Below are positions 11,665-22,908 of a stretch of DNA of 64,000 nt, piece by piece. The position numbers were made by a program, and so were the translations under genes. Within the stretch, counting starts at the first letter, position 1, and each line of letters begins with the position of its first letter. The notes under the pieces are model-generated. The model worked only from the letters and a program-made list of their open reading frames with translations, had not been told where the DNA came from and did not search any database. The DNA is from Mycobacteriales bacterium. GTDB taxonomy: Bacteria; Actinomycetota; Actinomycetes; Mycobacteriales; Nakamurellaceae. The DNA lies in assembly GCA_038322925.1 (NCBI GenBank), contig JBBQGJ010000002.1, positions 3,544-67,543 on the forward strand, written 5' to 3'.

Positions 11665-12207
11665 CTATCCCGCCGTCCCGACAAGATCCCCGGGGCGCAG
11701 CCGGTAGACCTGCAGGGTCAGCCCGAAGTACTTGTCAGTCTCGCCGACCCAATCCATGCCGTTGCGCCGGGCGACGGCGGCGGCCCGCTGATTCCCCGGC
11801 CGGACCACGGCGAACACCTCGTCCAGCTCCTGGGAGAACGCCCAGCGGGCCACCCCGTGGGTCGACTCGGTCGCGTACCCCTGTCCCCAGAATTCCGGGT
11901 TCAGCTGCCAGCCGATTTCCAGGTCGTCGCCGCCCGGCGGCAACGGCAGCAGTACGACGCCCCCGATGACCCGACTGTCCGAACGACGCTGAATCGCCCA
12001 CCGGCCCGCCGGCGGAACTGCCTCGCCGTCCTCTTTGATCCACCGCGCCAGGACATCTCGCATCGCGTCCACGTCGGCGACCTTGTCCATCGCGGGGCTG
12101 AGCCAGCGGGCGACATCCGGTTCGCCGTAGATCTCCAACGCCGCCGGGGCGTCGTCGACCTGCCATCCGCGCAGCACCAGCCGCTCGGTGGTCAACTCAG
12201 GTGCCAC
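11665..12207 (-). CDS. GNAT N-acetyltransferase (RimJ/RimL-like)
   Basis: LTTERLVLR, EIGW..WGQGYATE. Confidence 0.88.
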   Translation of the reverse strand: MAPELTTERLVLRGWQVDDAPAALEIYGEPDVARWLSPAMDKVADVDAMRDVLARWIKEDGEAVPPAGRWAIQRRSDSRVIGGVVLLPLPPGGDDLEIGWQLNPEFWGQGYATESTHGVARWAFSQELDEVFAVVRPGNQRAAAVARRNGMDWVGETDKYFGLTLQVYRLRPGDLVGTAG

Positions 12208-12389
12208 GGGGTCTCCGTTCGACGGGCTAATCGAGGAACCGCTGCCACGATACTGCCGTTCGACGGCCCGGCCGGCTACGGTGGCGGGACCGGCGCCGCG
12301 TGAGTCGCACTCGGCTCCGCTTGTCTGATCTGGGCGCCAGCATATTTCGGCGCCGGGTCATGAATAGTGGCGCCGAGTGTGGGACGGGC

Positions 12390-14195
12390 CTACTCCAGGA
12401 TGTCCGAGTCAGGCGTGGCTTCGTCGGTGCCTATCTCGGCGACTACTGCACCCGCTGTGACCGTCGCGCCGGCCTCGACCTTGACCGAAGTCACCACTCC
12501 GGCGCGGTGCGCTGTCAGCGGATTCTCCATCTTCATCGCCTCGATGACGGCGACCAGGTCGCCCTCGGCCAGTTCGTCGCCCACCGCCACAGCCACCTTG
12601 ACCACCGTGCCCTGCATCGGCGCGATCACTGCTGCGCCGCCGGTGGCCGGCGCATGGTGCAACCGTGTCCGGTGGCGCCGCGAGGAGTTCGCGCGCGGCC
12701 CGGGCGAGCCGCCCAGTATGGCGACCGCCAGATCCGCAGGCAGTGCGACTTTCACTCGGCGTCCGTTCACTTCTGCGACGAATTCCTGCCGCTCGGCCGG
12801 CGGAGCCTCCGGGGGAGCGCCCGGGGCGCCGGCGAACGGTTCGATGGTGTTGACGAATTCGGTCTCGATCCACCGAGTGTGCACCCGGAACCGCCCGGCC
12901 CACCCGTTGAACGCCTTGTCGTCGAGCACGGCGCGGTGGAATGGCAGCACCGTCGCCATTCCCTCGACCTGCAACTCGGCGAGTGCGCGTCGGGACCGGG
13001 CCAGCGCCTGTTCGCGGGTCTGGCCGGTCACGATGATCTTGGCCAGCAGCGAGTCGAAGGCCCCGGAGATCACCGAGCCGGTTTCCACCCCCGAGTCCAC
13101 CCGGACTCCCGGACCGGCCGGCGCGACGAACTTGGTCACCGTTCCCGGCGCCGGCAGGAAATTGCGGCCGGGATCCTCGCCGTTGATCCGGAACTCGATC
13201 GAATGCCCGTGGGGCTCGGGATCGGTCAGGACTCGGAGCTTCTCGCCGTCGGCGATACGGAACTGCTCTCGCACCAGGTCGATCCCGCTCGTTTCCTCCG
13301 AGACCGGATGCTCCACCTGCAGTCTGGTGTTCACCTCGAGGAACGACACCGTCCCGTCGGCGCCGACCAGGAACTCCACCGTGCCGGCTCCGTGATAGTC
13401 GGCCGCCAAGCAGATGGCCTTCGATGCGGTGTAAATCGACTCGCGCTGGTCGTCTGTCAGGAACGGAGCCGGCGCCTCCTCGACCAGCTTCTGGTAGCGC
13501 CGCTGCAGCGAGCAGTCCCGAGTACCGACAACGATGACATTGCCATGAGTGTCCGCGAGTACCTGGGCTTCGACGTGCCGTGGCTGGTTGAGGTACCGCT
13601 CGACGAAGCACTCGCCGCGCCCGAAGGCGGTCACCGCCTCTCGGACAGCGGACTCGTACAGATGCGGAATCTCGGCCAGCGTCCGAGCGACCTTGAGTCC
13701 CCGGCCACCACCGCCGAACGCCGCCTTGATCGCCACGGGAAGGCCGTGCTCGCGGGCGAATTCGAGAACCTCGTTGGGTCCGGAGACCGGCTCGGTGGTG
13801 CCCGGAACCAGCGGTGCCCCTGCCTGCTGGGCAATATGCCGGGCAGTCACCTTGTCACCGAGATCGCGGATCGACTGGGGTGTCGGGCCGATCCAGGTCA
13901 ACCCGCTGTCGATCACCGCCTGGGCGAAATCGGCGTTCTCGGCGAGGAATCCGTAGCCGGGATGCACGGCGTCGGCGCCCGCGCGGGCGGCGACATCGAG
14001 CAACTTGGTCTTGCTGAGGTACGAATCAGCCGAACTCGCCCCGTTGAGCGCATAGGCCTCGTCGGCCATCCGGACGTGCATGGCGTCGCGGTCGGAATCG
14101 GCATAGACGGCGATCGAGCGGAGCCCGGCGTCCCGGCAGGCACGAACGATGCGGACGGCGATCTCACCGCGGTTGGCGATCAGGACGGTATGCAC
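12390..14195 (-). CDS. accA3: acyl-CoA carboxylase alpha subunit (biotin carboxylase + BCCP)
   Basis: [28 protein letters not shown], biotinylation site EAMKM. Confidence 0.95.
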   Translation of the reverse strand: MHTVLIANRGEIAVRIVRACRDAGLRSIAVYADSDRDAMHVRMADEAYALNGASSADSYLSKTKLLDVAARAGADAVHPGYGFLAENADFAQAVIDSGLTWIGPTPQSIRDLGDKVTARHIAQQAGAPLVPGTTEPVSGPNEVLEFAREHGLPVAIKAAFGGGGRGLKVARTLAEIPHLYESAVREAVTAFGRGECFVERYLNQPRHVEAQVLADTHGNVIVVGTRDCSLQRRYQKLVEEAPAPFLTDDQRESIYTASKAICLAADYHGAGTVEFLVGADGTVSFLEVNTRLQVEHPVSEETSGIDLVREQFRIADGEKLRVLTDPEPHGHSIEFRINGEDPGRNFLPAPGTVTKFVAPAGPGVRVDSGVETGSVISGAFDSLLAKIIVTGQTREQALARSRRALAELQVEGMATVLPFHRAVLDDKAFNGWAGRFRVHTRWIETEFVNTIEPFAGAPGAPPEAPPAERQEFVAEVNGRRVKVALPADLAVAILGGSPGPRANSSRRHRTRLHHAPATGGAAVIAPMQGTVVKVAVAVGDELAEGDLVAVIEAMKMENPLTAHRAGVVTSVKVEAGATVTAGAVVAEIGTDEATPDSDILE

Positions 14196-14232
14196 TGGGT
14201 GTCCTTCCGTGCTTTCTCGAAGTGGTGCGGGG

Positions 14233-14862
14233 TCATGCGCTGCGCCACAGGTCGGTCACCGCGATGCCGACATCGGCTAGCAGTCGACGGGTCAGGGGCA
14301 GGGAAATTCCGATGACGTTCGACGGGTCGCCATCGACGCTGTCCACGAACCATCCGCCGTAGCCGTCGATCGTCAGCGCCCCGGCGACCGCCAGCGGTTC
14401 GCCGGTAGAGATGTACGCCGAGAGTTCGGCGGGGGTCGGCACACCCATTCGGACCGTGGTGGATCGGGTTCCGACGGCACCCGCCGTCGGCAACCCGGAC
14501 GTCACTCGGCGGACGGCGTGGCCGGTCAGCAGTACGCCTTCGCGACCGGCCATCTTCGCCCATCGCTGCCGAGCCTGTTCCGCGCCATCGGGTTTGCCCT
14601 GCAGTTCGCCGTCGATCAGCAACATGGAATCGCAGCCGATCACCACGCAATCGGCGGCGATGTCGGCGTGCAGGGCGCCGGCCACGGTGTCGGCCTTGGC
14701 GGCAGCGAGCACCCCGACCTGCACGTCGGGCGGGTCAAGGGCAACGCTGGCCAGCACTGCGCTCTCGTCGATGTCCGACACGGCAACCAGCGGGTCGATC
14801 CCGGCCGCGCGCAACACACCCAACCGCGCCGGAGACGCCGAGGCGAGCACCACCGCCGTCAT
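14233..14862 (-). CDS. maf: Maf nucleoside triphosphate pyrophosphatase
   Basis: [25 protein letters not shown]; ATG overlaps accE stop. Confidence 0.92.
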   Translation of the reverse strand: MTAVVLASASPARLGVLRAAGIDPLVAVSDIDESAVLASVALDPPDVQVGVLAAAKADTVAGALHADIAADCVVIGCDSMLLIDGELQGKPDGAEQARQRWAKMAGREGVLLTGHAVRRVTSGLPTAGAVGTRSTTVRMGVPTPAELSAYISTGEPLAVAGALTIDGYGGWFVDSVDGDPSNVIGISLPLTRRLLADVGIAVTDLWRSA

Positions 14863-15263
14863 CGCGGCAACCCGGATGCCCACCACGAACCGTTGCCGGG
14901 GCTGAGCCGGGTGCGCAGCATGTGTCCCGGATCGGCCCAGACCGACGCGGGCCCCGATTGTCCACCGGGTGGCGCCGCGCCGGCGGTGAGCGCGGTCAGG
15001 ATCGCGATGACAACGGCCGCATCCTCTTCCGAGGTCCGGCTCTTGCCCTGGGATTCGGTCGCGGGTTCCGGTTCGGCTGACGAGGCCGCATCCAGGCTCA
15101 CAGCGCCATCGGTGCTCGCTGCGCTCACAGTGTCGTCGGTGCTCGCTGCGCTCACAGTGTCGTCGGTGCTCGCTGCGCTCACGGTGTCGTCGGTGCTCGC
15201 TGCGCTCACGGTGTCGTCGGTGCTCGCTGCGCTCACGGTGTCGTCGGTGCTCGCTGCGCTCAC
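14859..15263 (-). CDS. accE: acyl-CoA carboxylase epsilon subunit with N-terminal repeat expansion
   Basis: Between accD5 and maf with 4-bp overlaps; [21 protein letters not shown] epsilon-like C-terminus. Confidence 0.78.
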   Translation of the reverse strand: MSAASTDDTVSAASTDDTVSAASTDDTVSAASTDDTVSAASTDDTVSAASTDGAVSLDAASSAEPEPATESQGKSRTSEEDAAVVIAILTALTAGAAPPGGQSGPASVWADPGHMLRTRLSPGNGSWWASGLPR

Positions 15264-15265
15264 AG
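15097..15265. repeat. 27-bp tandem repeat x6 (VSAASTDDT)
   Basis: GTGTCGTCGGTGCTCGCTGCGCTCAC(A/G) repeated head-to-tail without spacers. Confidence 0.95.
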
Positions 15266-17032
15266 TGGGATGTTCCCGTGTTTGCGCGGCGGCAGCGTCT
15301 GGCGCTTGTCGGCCAGCACCCGCAGCCCGTTGGTGATCGCGATGCGGGTGGTGGACGGCCGGATGATCTCGTCCACGTAGCCGCGCTCGGCCGCGATGAA
15401 CGGGTTGGCCAGCGTGTCCTCGTAGTCGGTCTGCAGTTGGGCGCGCAGATCGGCAACCTGCGGTGCCTCGGCCCCGTATTCGGAGCCGATCGCCGCAATC
15501 TCCTTGCGGTACAGCACATTCACCGCGCCCGCGGCGCCCATCACGGCGATCTGCGCGGTCGGCCATGCGAGGTTCAGATCGGCTCCGAGATGCTTGGAAC
15601 CCATCACGTCGTACGCGCCGCCGTATGCCTTGCGGGTGATCACCGTGATCAGCGGAACGGTCGCCTCTGCGTAGGCGTAGATCAGCTTCGCGCCGCGCCG
15701 GATGATCCCGTTCCATTCCTGATCGGTGCCGGGCAGGAAACCGGGTACATCCACGAAGGTCAGCACCGGAATGTTGAACGCGTCGCAGGTCCGCACGAAG
15801 CGGGCGGCCTTCTCGGCGGCGTTGATGTCCAGTGTCCCGGCCAGGTGGATCGGCTGGTTGGCCACCACGCCGACCGAGCGGCCGGCGACCCGGCCGAACC
15901 CGACGATGACGTTGGGCGCGTACAGCTCCTGCACCGGCAGGAAATCGCCGTCGTCCATCACCGCCTGGATCACGGCAGTCATGTCGTACGGCTGGTTGGG
16001 CGCATCCGGAATGAGTGTGTCAAGGGCGAGGTCGGAGTCGGTGACCTCGAGGTCGTCGTCCCACTCCGTCGCCGGAGGGCTCGACAGGTTGTTGGACGGC
16101 AGATAGGAGAGCAGATCACGCACATAGTCGATGGCGTCCTGCTCGTCGCGGCCGAGGTAGTGCGCGTTGCCGGAGCGGGTGTTGTGGGTGCGCGCGCCGC
16201 CGAGTTCCTCCAGCGTCACCTGCTCACCGGTGACCGAGCGGACCACGTCAGGCCCGGTGATGAACATCTGTGACGTCTTGTCGACCATCACGATGAAGTC
16301 GGTCAGCGCCGGGGAGTAGACATGGCCGCCCGCGTTGGCGCCCATGATCAGCGAGATCTGCGGGATCACACCGGACAGGTGCACGTTGCGCTTGAAGATC
16401 TCGGCGTACAACCCGAGAGAGACCACGCCCTCCTGGATGCGAGCACCGCCGCCCTCGTTGATGCCGACCACCGGTCGGCCCGACTTGAGTGCGAAATCCA
16501 GTACCTTGACGATCTTTTCGCCGTAGACCTCGCCGAGCGACCCGCCGAAAACGGTGACGTCCTGGGAGAACACGCAGATGTCCCGGCCGTCGACAGTGCC
16601 GTAGCCGGTGACGACGCCGTCGCCGTACGGCCGGTTGTCGGCCAGCCCGAAGTTGGTCGACCGGTGCCGGGCGAACGCGTCGAACTCGACGAAAGAGCCC
16701 GGATCCAGCAGCATGTCGATCCGCTCGCGGGCGGTCTTCTTGCCCTTCGCGTGCTGACGCTCGACCGCGGTCGCCGACCCGGCGTGGACGTGCTCTTCCG
16801 TACGACGGTTGAGCTCGGCCAGCTTGCCTGCCGTGGTGTGCGGTGCGCCAGACGGCGCGGGGGCCGGTGCCGCCGGCGGGGCCGGGGAAGCCTGCGGTGC
16901 AGCGGAACTGGCCGGTGCTTCCGGTGCTATCGACGCTGCTGCGGTCGGTACCGCCGGAGATTCCGGGGATCGCGGGACGGCCGGTTGCGGGGTCGGGGGG
17001 GCGACGTGATGGGCATTCTCCGACCGGGTCAC
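15260..17032 (-). CDS. accD5: propionyl/acyl-CoA carboxylase beta subunit
   Basis: [44 protein letters not shown]; start uncertain (P/A-rich N-terminus). Confidence 0.93.
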   Translation of the reverse strand: MTRSENAHHVAPPTPQPAVPRSPESPAVPTAAASIAPEAPASSAAPQASPAPPAAPAPAPSGAPHTTAGKLAELNRRTEEHVHAGSATAVERQHAKGKKTARERIDMLLDPGSFVEFDAFARHRSTNFGLADNRPYGDGVVTGYGTVDGRDICVFSQDVTVFGGSLGEVYGEKIVKVLDFALKSGRPVVGINEGGGARIQEGVVSLGLYAEIFKRNVHLSGVIPQISLIMGANAGGHVYSPALTDFIVMVDKTSQMFITGPDVVRSVTGEQVTLEELGGARTHNTRSGNAHYLGRDEQDAIDYVRDLLSYLPSNNLSSPPATEWDDDLEVTDSDLALDTLIPDAPNQPYDMTAVIQAVMDDGDFLPVQELYAPNVIVGFGRVAGRSVGVVANQPIHLAGTLDINAAEKAARFVRTCDAFNIPVLTFVDVPGFLPGTDQEWNGIIRRGAKLIYAYAEATVPLITVITRKAYGGAYDVMGSKHLGADLNLAWPTAQIAVMGAAGAVNVLYRKEIAAIGSEYGAEAPQVADLRAQLQTDYEDTLANPFIAAERGYVDEIIRPSTTRIAITNGLRVLADKRQTLPPRKHGNIPL

Positions 17033-17073
17033 AGGCGAAGGGTATCCAGAAACGCCGCTAGGGTTCTTCGAGT

Positions 17074-17946
17074 GTGGGCAAGATCGCCGTGAGCCGACGT
17101 TCACCCGGGACATCCCCCGAATTGCTGACGTCCCGAGCGCCCATCGACCCGAAACGGGTCAGTACGCAGCTCGCCGAGCCCGCCCGCTGGCAGATCGAAC
17201 ATGTCCCGGTCACCGGCTCCACCAATGCCGACCTGGCCGCCGCCGCGGAGGGGGCGAACGCCGACTCCGGCGCTGCTGGCCCCGGGAGAACAACGGTGTT
17301 GGTCACCGAGGAGCAGGTGCAGGGCAGGGGCCGCGGCGGGCGGGGCTGGGTCTGCCCGGCCGGCGCCGGCCTGATGTTCTCGCTGCTGCTCCGTGAGCCG
17401 GCCATCCCCGCCGACCGACGCGGATGGGTCGGGATCGCCCTCGGGCTGAGCATCGTCGACGCGATCGCCGCGGTGACCGGTCTGACGGCCACCCTCAAGT
17501 GGCCGAACGACGTGCTGATCGACGGGGCCAAATGCGCCGGGATCCTGGGCGAGGTCACCGGCGACGCGGTGATCATCGGCTCTGGGATCAATGTCACGGT
17601 CGACCGGGCGGACCTGCCGCGCGCCGACGCGACATCGTTGTGGCTGTCCGGTGCCCGGACGCTGGACCGTGAGAGGTTGCTGGTCGCGATTGTCGACGAC
17701 CTTGGCCGCATCATCGACCGGTGGGTGGCCGCGCGAGGTGACGTGGACGCCTCCGGCTTGCGCGGGGAGTACCGGAGAAGCTGCTCAACCCTGCAATCCA
17801 AGGTAAGGGTGGAACTTCCATCGGGAGCGTCGCTGATCGGCTGGGCGGAGGACATCGACCCGTCGGGGTCCTTGATCGTCCGTGACGAGCACGGCCGAAG
17901 CGCCGGTTACTCGGCCGCCGACGTGGTGCACCTCCGTCCCCAATAA
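17074..17946 (+). CDS. birA: biotin-protein ligase
   Basis: [37 protein letters not shown]; alternative start 17089. Confidence 0.93.
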   Translation: MGKIAVSRRSPGTSPELLTSRAPIDPKRVSTQLAEPARWQIEHVPVTGSTNADLAAAAEGANADSGAAGPGRTTVLVTEEQVQGRGRGGRGWVCPAGAGLMFSLLLREPAIPADRRGWVGIALGLSIVDAIAAVTGLTATLKWPNDVLIDGAKCAGILGEVTGDAVIIGSGINVTVDRADLPRADATSLWLSGARTLDRERLLVAIVDDLGRIIDRWVAARGDVDASGLRGEYRRSCSTLQSKVRVELPSGASLIGWAEDIDPSGSLIVRDEHGRSAGYSAADVVHLRPQ

Positions 17947-17950
17947 CCCG

Positions 17951-17975
17951 CGGACCACGGGCGGGTCGTGGTCCG
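17951..17975. terminator. GC-rich hairpin after birA
   Basis: CGGACCACG-N7-CGTGGTCCG, 4 bp after the stop; no U-tract. Confidence 0.5.
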
Positions 17976-18019
17976 TCCTGATCAGCCTGAGTCAAACAGT
18001 GTTTCCGCAGTTCGACCGC

Positions 18020-18400
18020 GTATCCGTCGGCGTGCGCGAGCGCGGCCTGATGCGGTGGTTGGCCCGCCGAGTCGCGGCCGACCGCCGGGATGATCGTGGA
18101 GGCGGCCGGCAGCGCTGCGAGATCCGTTGTGTGACCACTGAATCCCGGCACCTCGTACCTCAGGAAGAATTCGGTGGTGGCCTGCGCCATCTTCTCGACG
18201 ACCTCCGGTGGAGGGGCTCCCACCCGGGTCGGCGCCCGCGCCGTGGTCGCCGCCGTCGGATGCACCGTGCGAGCAGGTAGACGTCGTAGATGCCGCCGCA
18301 GATCATCAGCATCGTCGGTCCGGTGCCGCGGACCTGGTAATGCAGAGTCGCACCGGGTACGTCGAGAGTGGCGTGATCACGGAGGTGATGGTGGCTGTCG
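18020..18400 (-). pseudogene. alpha/beta-hydrolase remnant
   Basis: TLDVPGATLHYQVRGTGP and FFLRYEVPGFSGHTTDLAAL..PAVGRDS lie in different frames; central nucleophile region absent. Confidence 0.6.
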
Positions 18401-18757
18401 GATCGTTGGCGTGCATACCTGTTCGCACCCGTGGGGCCCAAACCGAGAACCAAAGGTCGAACAGGGCATCCCGTTGGTCCACCACGTCCGCACGATCGAC
18501 CGGTCAGATGTCTCAGCGGTCCTCGGCGCTGAACGGGAACGTGAGTCCTTCGCTACGTAACCTGACGGCACCCGTTTTGACCGTCTTCGACCCGGATGGC
18601 GGATTCGGGCGAGCTTTCACTGTCCAACCGGGCCAACTGGGTGACGGCATCTGCCACACAACAGTGATTACGCACAGCACACGGAAAATCACTGTAGGTG
18701 AGTGTACGATCATCCGTGTCGTGCGGACCGAGTTTATTGAGGGGTCTCGGCCAGCGC

Positions 18758-18811
18758 GTCGGAATCACCTATGTCGGAGTCACCTATGTCGGAGTCACCT
18801 ATGTCGGAATC
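18758..18811. repeat. 15-bp tandem repeat x3.5, intergenic
   Basis: GTCGGA(A/G)TCACCTAT repeated. Confidence 0.85.
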
Positions 18812-19407
18812 GTCTGGTCAAATTCATCGGTGTCACCAAAGTTCATCGGAGTCACCGAAGCACGCACATCCATGTCCGAGCGCTTCTTGGTGTTCCTTTC
18901 GGCAAGTCGGCAACCGATTCTAATAAACGCGATCGACCAGACCCTTGCCGTTGAGGGAATCTCCCGGAGATCCATGATGACCAGAACCTGCCGCGACAAC
19001 CCAACCGCAAGCCCTTGCGAAACAATGAATGAGGGGGCTACCGGACATCCGCCAGCTGGTTCGAGCGGCATCTTTCTCACGCATGTGCACTGCCGGCAGC
19101 GGTTGACGACGACGGCGATCATTCGAACCAAGAATCGGTTGACAATTCAAGCCCCGGCCCGGTCGTCGACGAATATTGCTGCCGACCGGGTCGGTTTCCA
19201 CCACCGAGGCCAGCGTCCGGAGCTCATGATCACGCCGATCAGCGTTGCTCCGGCCCTCGGTCCCCGGCCGAGGCACCTCCGGGCGCAGCCGGGCCCGACG
19301 TCATGACGCGATCTCGCCGGAGACGAGCGGTCGATGAACGACCAGCGCGTTGCGGACCGCAGGCCAACCCGCGTGGGACCGGGACCGTCTTGCATGCCGC
19401 CGACAGC

Positions 19408-19875
19408 ATGATGCCCGGCCTTTCACCGGGCCATGGACATGCACCTCCAGAGCGCTGCTTATTGGACCAATATGTGTTCACGCAGATGCTCCTGGTCTCC
19501 GGGGATTCCCTACCACCGGTGCAGGCAGAACTGCACTATCGGTTGTGCGATCCTTTCGCCGTGCAATTGCGGATGCTACTTGCTGGATTCGATGCCGTCA
19601 GCTGGACCTTCAGCCGTGAGTTGTTGATTGCCGGAATCAGTCGACCCAGCGGACGCGGCGATATCCGCATTTGCCCTGGCGGAGATGGAGTGCTCATCGA
19701 ACTCCGATCAGCCCCCCATCCGCCCGCCGTCCTACTTGCCGATCGCTCGGACATCGAGTACTTCCTGCGTCGCAGCTTGTCCGTCGTTCCGATCGGATCG
19801 GAGGTCGAGCGTTACGATATCGACGCCGGCCTTCTCAGGCTGAGAAATAGAAAAGGTCCAGCTCGCGGAACATAG
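19408..19875 (+). CDS. SsgA-family cell division/sporulation protein (SALP)
   Basis: AELHY..DPFAV, WTFSRELL..G, G.GDIRICP, FLRRSLSVVPIGSE; start uncertain. Confidence 0.82.
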   Translation: MMPGLSPGHGHAPPERCLLDQYVFTQMLLVSGDSLPPVQAELHYRLCDPFAVQLRMLLAGFDAVSWTFSRELLIAGISRPSGRGDIRICPGGDGVLIELRSAPHPPAVLLADRSDIEYFLRRSLSVVPIGSEVERYDIDAGLLRLRNRKGPARGT

Positions 19876-19934
19876 GAAAATAGGAAGCCGACGGGAATTC
19901 GGGCACGGACAGCTCCGGCAGCGGGTCCTCCGAG

Positions 19935-20452
19935 GACGCCGACATCGGGCTGGACGATGAGGTCGTGGCCGCCGCCGACGTCGGGATCGGCGCGACGATC
20001 ATGGGACGCAACATGTTCGGGCCCATCCGTGGGCCGTGGCGGGATCCCGGGGCACCGCCGTCGGAACAGTGGACGGGATGGTGGGGGGACGAACCGCCGT
20101 TCCACCACCCGGTCTTCGTGGTGACCCACCATCCGAGGGAATCGTTGACCATGGCTGGTGGCACAACCTTTCATTTCGTTGATCCGAAATAAAATCCGCG
20201 GGGGGCTCGACGGGCCTCTCGACCTGGCGTTCGGAGGCGGCGCGGCCAGAATGTCCGGCTCGGCGGGGAGTCGCCACCATCCAGCAATTACTGCTGGCCG
20301 GCCTGACGATGAGTTGCGGCTGGCCTTCGTCCCGGTGCTGCTGGGAGGGCGAGGGTTGCTCGACAATCTCGGTGACGAACCGATCGGCTACGAGTGCGGC
20401 GACATGCTCTGTTCAGCAGCTGCAACGAACGTCCGGTTCGTCAGGAAGTCAA
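19935..20452 (+). pseudogene. dihydrofolate reductase/RibD-C family pseudogene
   Basis: IMGRNMFGPIRGPW..GWWGDEPPFHHPVFVVTHH, stop at 20192, continues in another frame (DELRLAFVPVLLG); N-terminus missing. Confidence 0.78.
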
Positions 20453-20639
20453 CATCCGCGACCGATGCACCGTCCGTCGGGGGGGACCACTGCCTGAAAG
20501 TGCAAGCATCGGCATCCGGATAGCGGGCACCCCCGCTGCGGGGGCGATTGGAGCGTGCCGCGTGAGTACGGCGTTTCGGCCCGCTGATCTTCGCAGCCGC
20601 TACCGCGACCGCGCTCGCCGCCTCGTCACCGGCGGACAC

Positions 20640-20852
20640 GGACCGGCCGGCGGGCACTCGGTCTGGTACTCATGGCGGGCACCGAAGTCAGGCACCGCCA
20701 CCTTCGACACCCTGCCCGGTCAGCCGGTGAGCAGCAAGATCACCTGCAAGGCGGCCGCCCGGACCACCTACACGATCGCGATCGACGGCAGGGCTGGTTC
20801 TCAAGGCAACGGTGCTCAAGGCAACAGCGTGCTGCGGTATTCCGTGAGCTGA
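20640..20852 (+). pseudogene. fragment of secreted beta-sandwich (PPC-like) domain
   Basis: GHSVWYSWRAPKSGTATFDT..TTYTIAIDG, apparently with the middle deleted. Confidence 0.45.
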
Positions 20853-20949
20853 CCTGAGCGTCAGGCCGATCAATCAGGCCGATCCCAGTCCGACGTGCTC
20901 TCAGTTCGTTGGCTCAGCGCAAGGCGTGATGTCGACTGTCGTCGGGGAT

Positions 20950-20978
20950 CTTCGACGCGCCTTGACGCCATCTTGACC
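20950..20978 (+). promoter_or_regulatory. 11-bp-period direct repeat, candidate OmpR-family site
   Basis: CTTCGAC/CTTGAC/CTTGAC at 20950/20961/20972; same CCTTGA-N4-ATCTTGAC on the minus strand at 40019-40036. Confidence 0.45.
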
Positions 20979-21302
20979 TCATCGTGAACCTGGGCTGATG
21001 ACCGAGGCGAAGGATCGTCTCAGGCCGGATCGAACCGGTCTTCCAGAAGGGATGACGTCGTGGCTCAAGCCCATCGAACCGGACGGCGGCGAGGTCGCCA
21101 CCACAACCAGCGACAGCGAGCTCGGCTCGAAACGCTGCAGGCGAACCAGTTTCTGCAATTGACCGCGACATTCGAGTCGATGGAGTTACCGATCGAGATT
21201 CCGGACGGCCGCTTTCGAGAGGAAAGCCACGCAGCGTGATGAGATCGACAGCTCTTTCGTGGGGCGGGGTCTGCCGGACGAGATATGCGGCGATATCGCT
21301 GA

Positions 21303-21316
21303 GGGACGAAGGTCCC
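21303..21316. promoter_or_regulatory. DosR/DevR-box-like palindrome
   Basis: GGGAC-GAAG-GTCCC, intergenic upstream of the glycan operon. Confidence 0.45.
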
Positions 21317-21648
21317 GCCGATTTTGGACTTCATTCCCTGACGGGTCTGGGCCGTTTCCGTTAGTCTGAGCACAGAATTCCGTCGGGCGCGCAGAGAATT
21401 GCCGGCGAGCGGAGTGCATGGGGGAATCAGGGGTGCGCTGGGGGTATCCCATGGCCGGCATCGATGCTCGACCGACCTCGCGATTGAAGGGGAGGATACT
21501 GGTGGGGACCGCATCCGAGATGGGTACGACAAGGGACGGCCCCGACAGGCCCGTGCCCGATGACAACGTATCTCCCGCGTCACTTGTCGAAGGTCACCCG
21601 TCTGATCCGGAGCGAACTCCTCACCTCCGTGGCGGTTGGCCCGTCACG

Positions 21649-22908
21649 ATGGGTTCTCTTCGTCGGCGAAAGGCGAGCCCGACCGTCGGGTCGACGCCGT
21701 TTCATCTCCGGCCGCAACTGCGGATCGGCGTCATCACCGCCTACCCGCCCGGCCGGAACAGCCTGAACGAATTCGGGTTCCATCTGGTCAAGCATCTGGC
21801 GCGGCAGGACGACGTTGAGGCCGTCGTGCTGTACGCGGATGAGACCGATGCCGGCCGGCCGCCGGAGATGCCGAATGTCGAATCCCTTCCATGCTGGAAG
21901 TTCAACAGCGTCGCCAACCTGCTGCGGATCGGGCACGCGATCCGGAGAACCAAGCCGGACGCGGTCCTGCTGAATCTGCAATTCGCGACCTTCGGCGACC
22001 AGCGCGTCCCGGGGGGACTGGGTCTGCTCACGCCGATGATGCTGCGGATCATGCGAGTGCCCAGCCTGGTCATCCTGCACAACCTCGCGGACAACGTCGA
22101 CATGCAGGACGCGGGTTTTGCCGGGTCCGCCGTCGCGGCGCGGCTGATGAAACTGGCCGGCCGCGTGCTGACCCGCGCCATTCTGACGGCAGATGTCGTC
22201 GCACTGACCATCCCGCGTTACGTGGAATACCTGCACACCAGTTACGGCGCCAAGAACGCATTACTCGCCCCGCACGGCAGCTTCGAAGACGTCGCTGTCC
22301 CGGCCTTCGGTGTGCCGGCCGGGCGCCGAAAGATCATGGCTTTCGGCAAGTGGGGCACCTACAAGACCGTCGACATGCTGGTGGAGGCGTACCAGGAATT
22401 GCTGCAGCGGGGATACCAGGATATTGAACTGGTGTTGGCCGGTACCGACAGCCCGAACTCGACGGGGTACATGGCCGGTGTCGCGACCAGGTACGCCGAC
22501 GTTCCGAATCTGACGTTGACGGGATATGTGGCCGAGGAGGACGTCGCCGGCCTGTTCAGCTCGTCCGCGGTGGTCGCCTTTCCCTACACGTCGACGACCG
22601 GAAGCTCCGGGGTACTGCACCAGGCGGGGGAGTACGGTCGTGCGGCGGTACTGCCGCGAATCGGTGACCTGATCGACATCATCGAGGAAGAAGGCTTCCG
22701 CGGTGTGTACTTCGAGCCCGGCGATCCGATCAGCCTGGCCGATGCGCTGGCCAAGGTGCTCGACGATGATTCACTGCGGGACGATCTCGGCCGTCGCAAC
22801 TTCGCCGCCGCATCCGGGATTCCGATGTCAGAGGTCGTGCATTGGCATGTGGTGCACGTCCGGCGGATCCTGGACCGGCGGATGCTCGGACGCGCGGTCA
22901 AACGATGA
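21649..22908 (+). CDS. GT4-family glycosyltransferase
   Basis: GT-B features: IGVITAYPP, FGKWGTYK, LVLAG, FPYTSTTGSSGVL; start uncertain (ORF open from 21418). Confidence 0.85.
   Translation: MGSLRRRKASPTVGSTPFHLRPQLRIGVITAYPPGRNSLNEFGFHLVKHLARQDDVEAVVLYADETDAGRPPEMPNVESLPCWKFNSVANLLRIGHAIRRTKPDAVLLNLQFATFGDQRVPGGLGLLTPMMLRIMRVPSLVILHNLADNVDMQDAGFAGSAVAARLMKLAGRVLTRAILTADVVALTIPRYVEYLHTSYGAKNALLAPHGSFEDVAVPAFGVPAGRRKIMAFGKWGTYKTVDMLVEAYQELLQRGYQDIELVLAGTDSPNSTGYMAGVATRYADVPNLTLTGYVAEEDVAGLFSSSAVVAFPYTSTTGSSGVLHQAGEYGRAAVLPRIGDLIDIIEEEGFRGVYFEPGDPISLADALAKVLDDDSLRDDLGRRNFAAASGIPMSEVVHWHVVHVRRILDRRMLGRAVKR

Noticed and set aside
15097-15265. Possible CRISPR array
   Set aside because: Units are contiguous with no unique spacers, lie in frame within accE, and no cas genes are present
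14863-15716. Apparent long N-terminal extensions or fusions of Maf and AccE
   Set aside because: Open frames run through the repeat and accD5; 4-bp overlap starts at 14862 and 15263 explain the genes
18460-19300. ORFs such as 18698-19306 or an ncRNA before the SsgA-like gene
   Set aside because: Poor codon bias and no motifs; an Rfam/Infernal search would be needed
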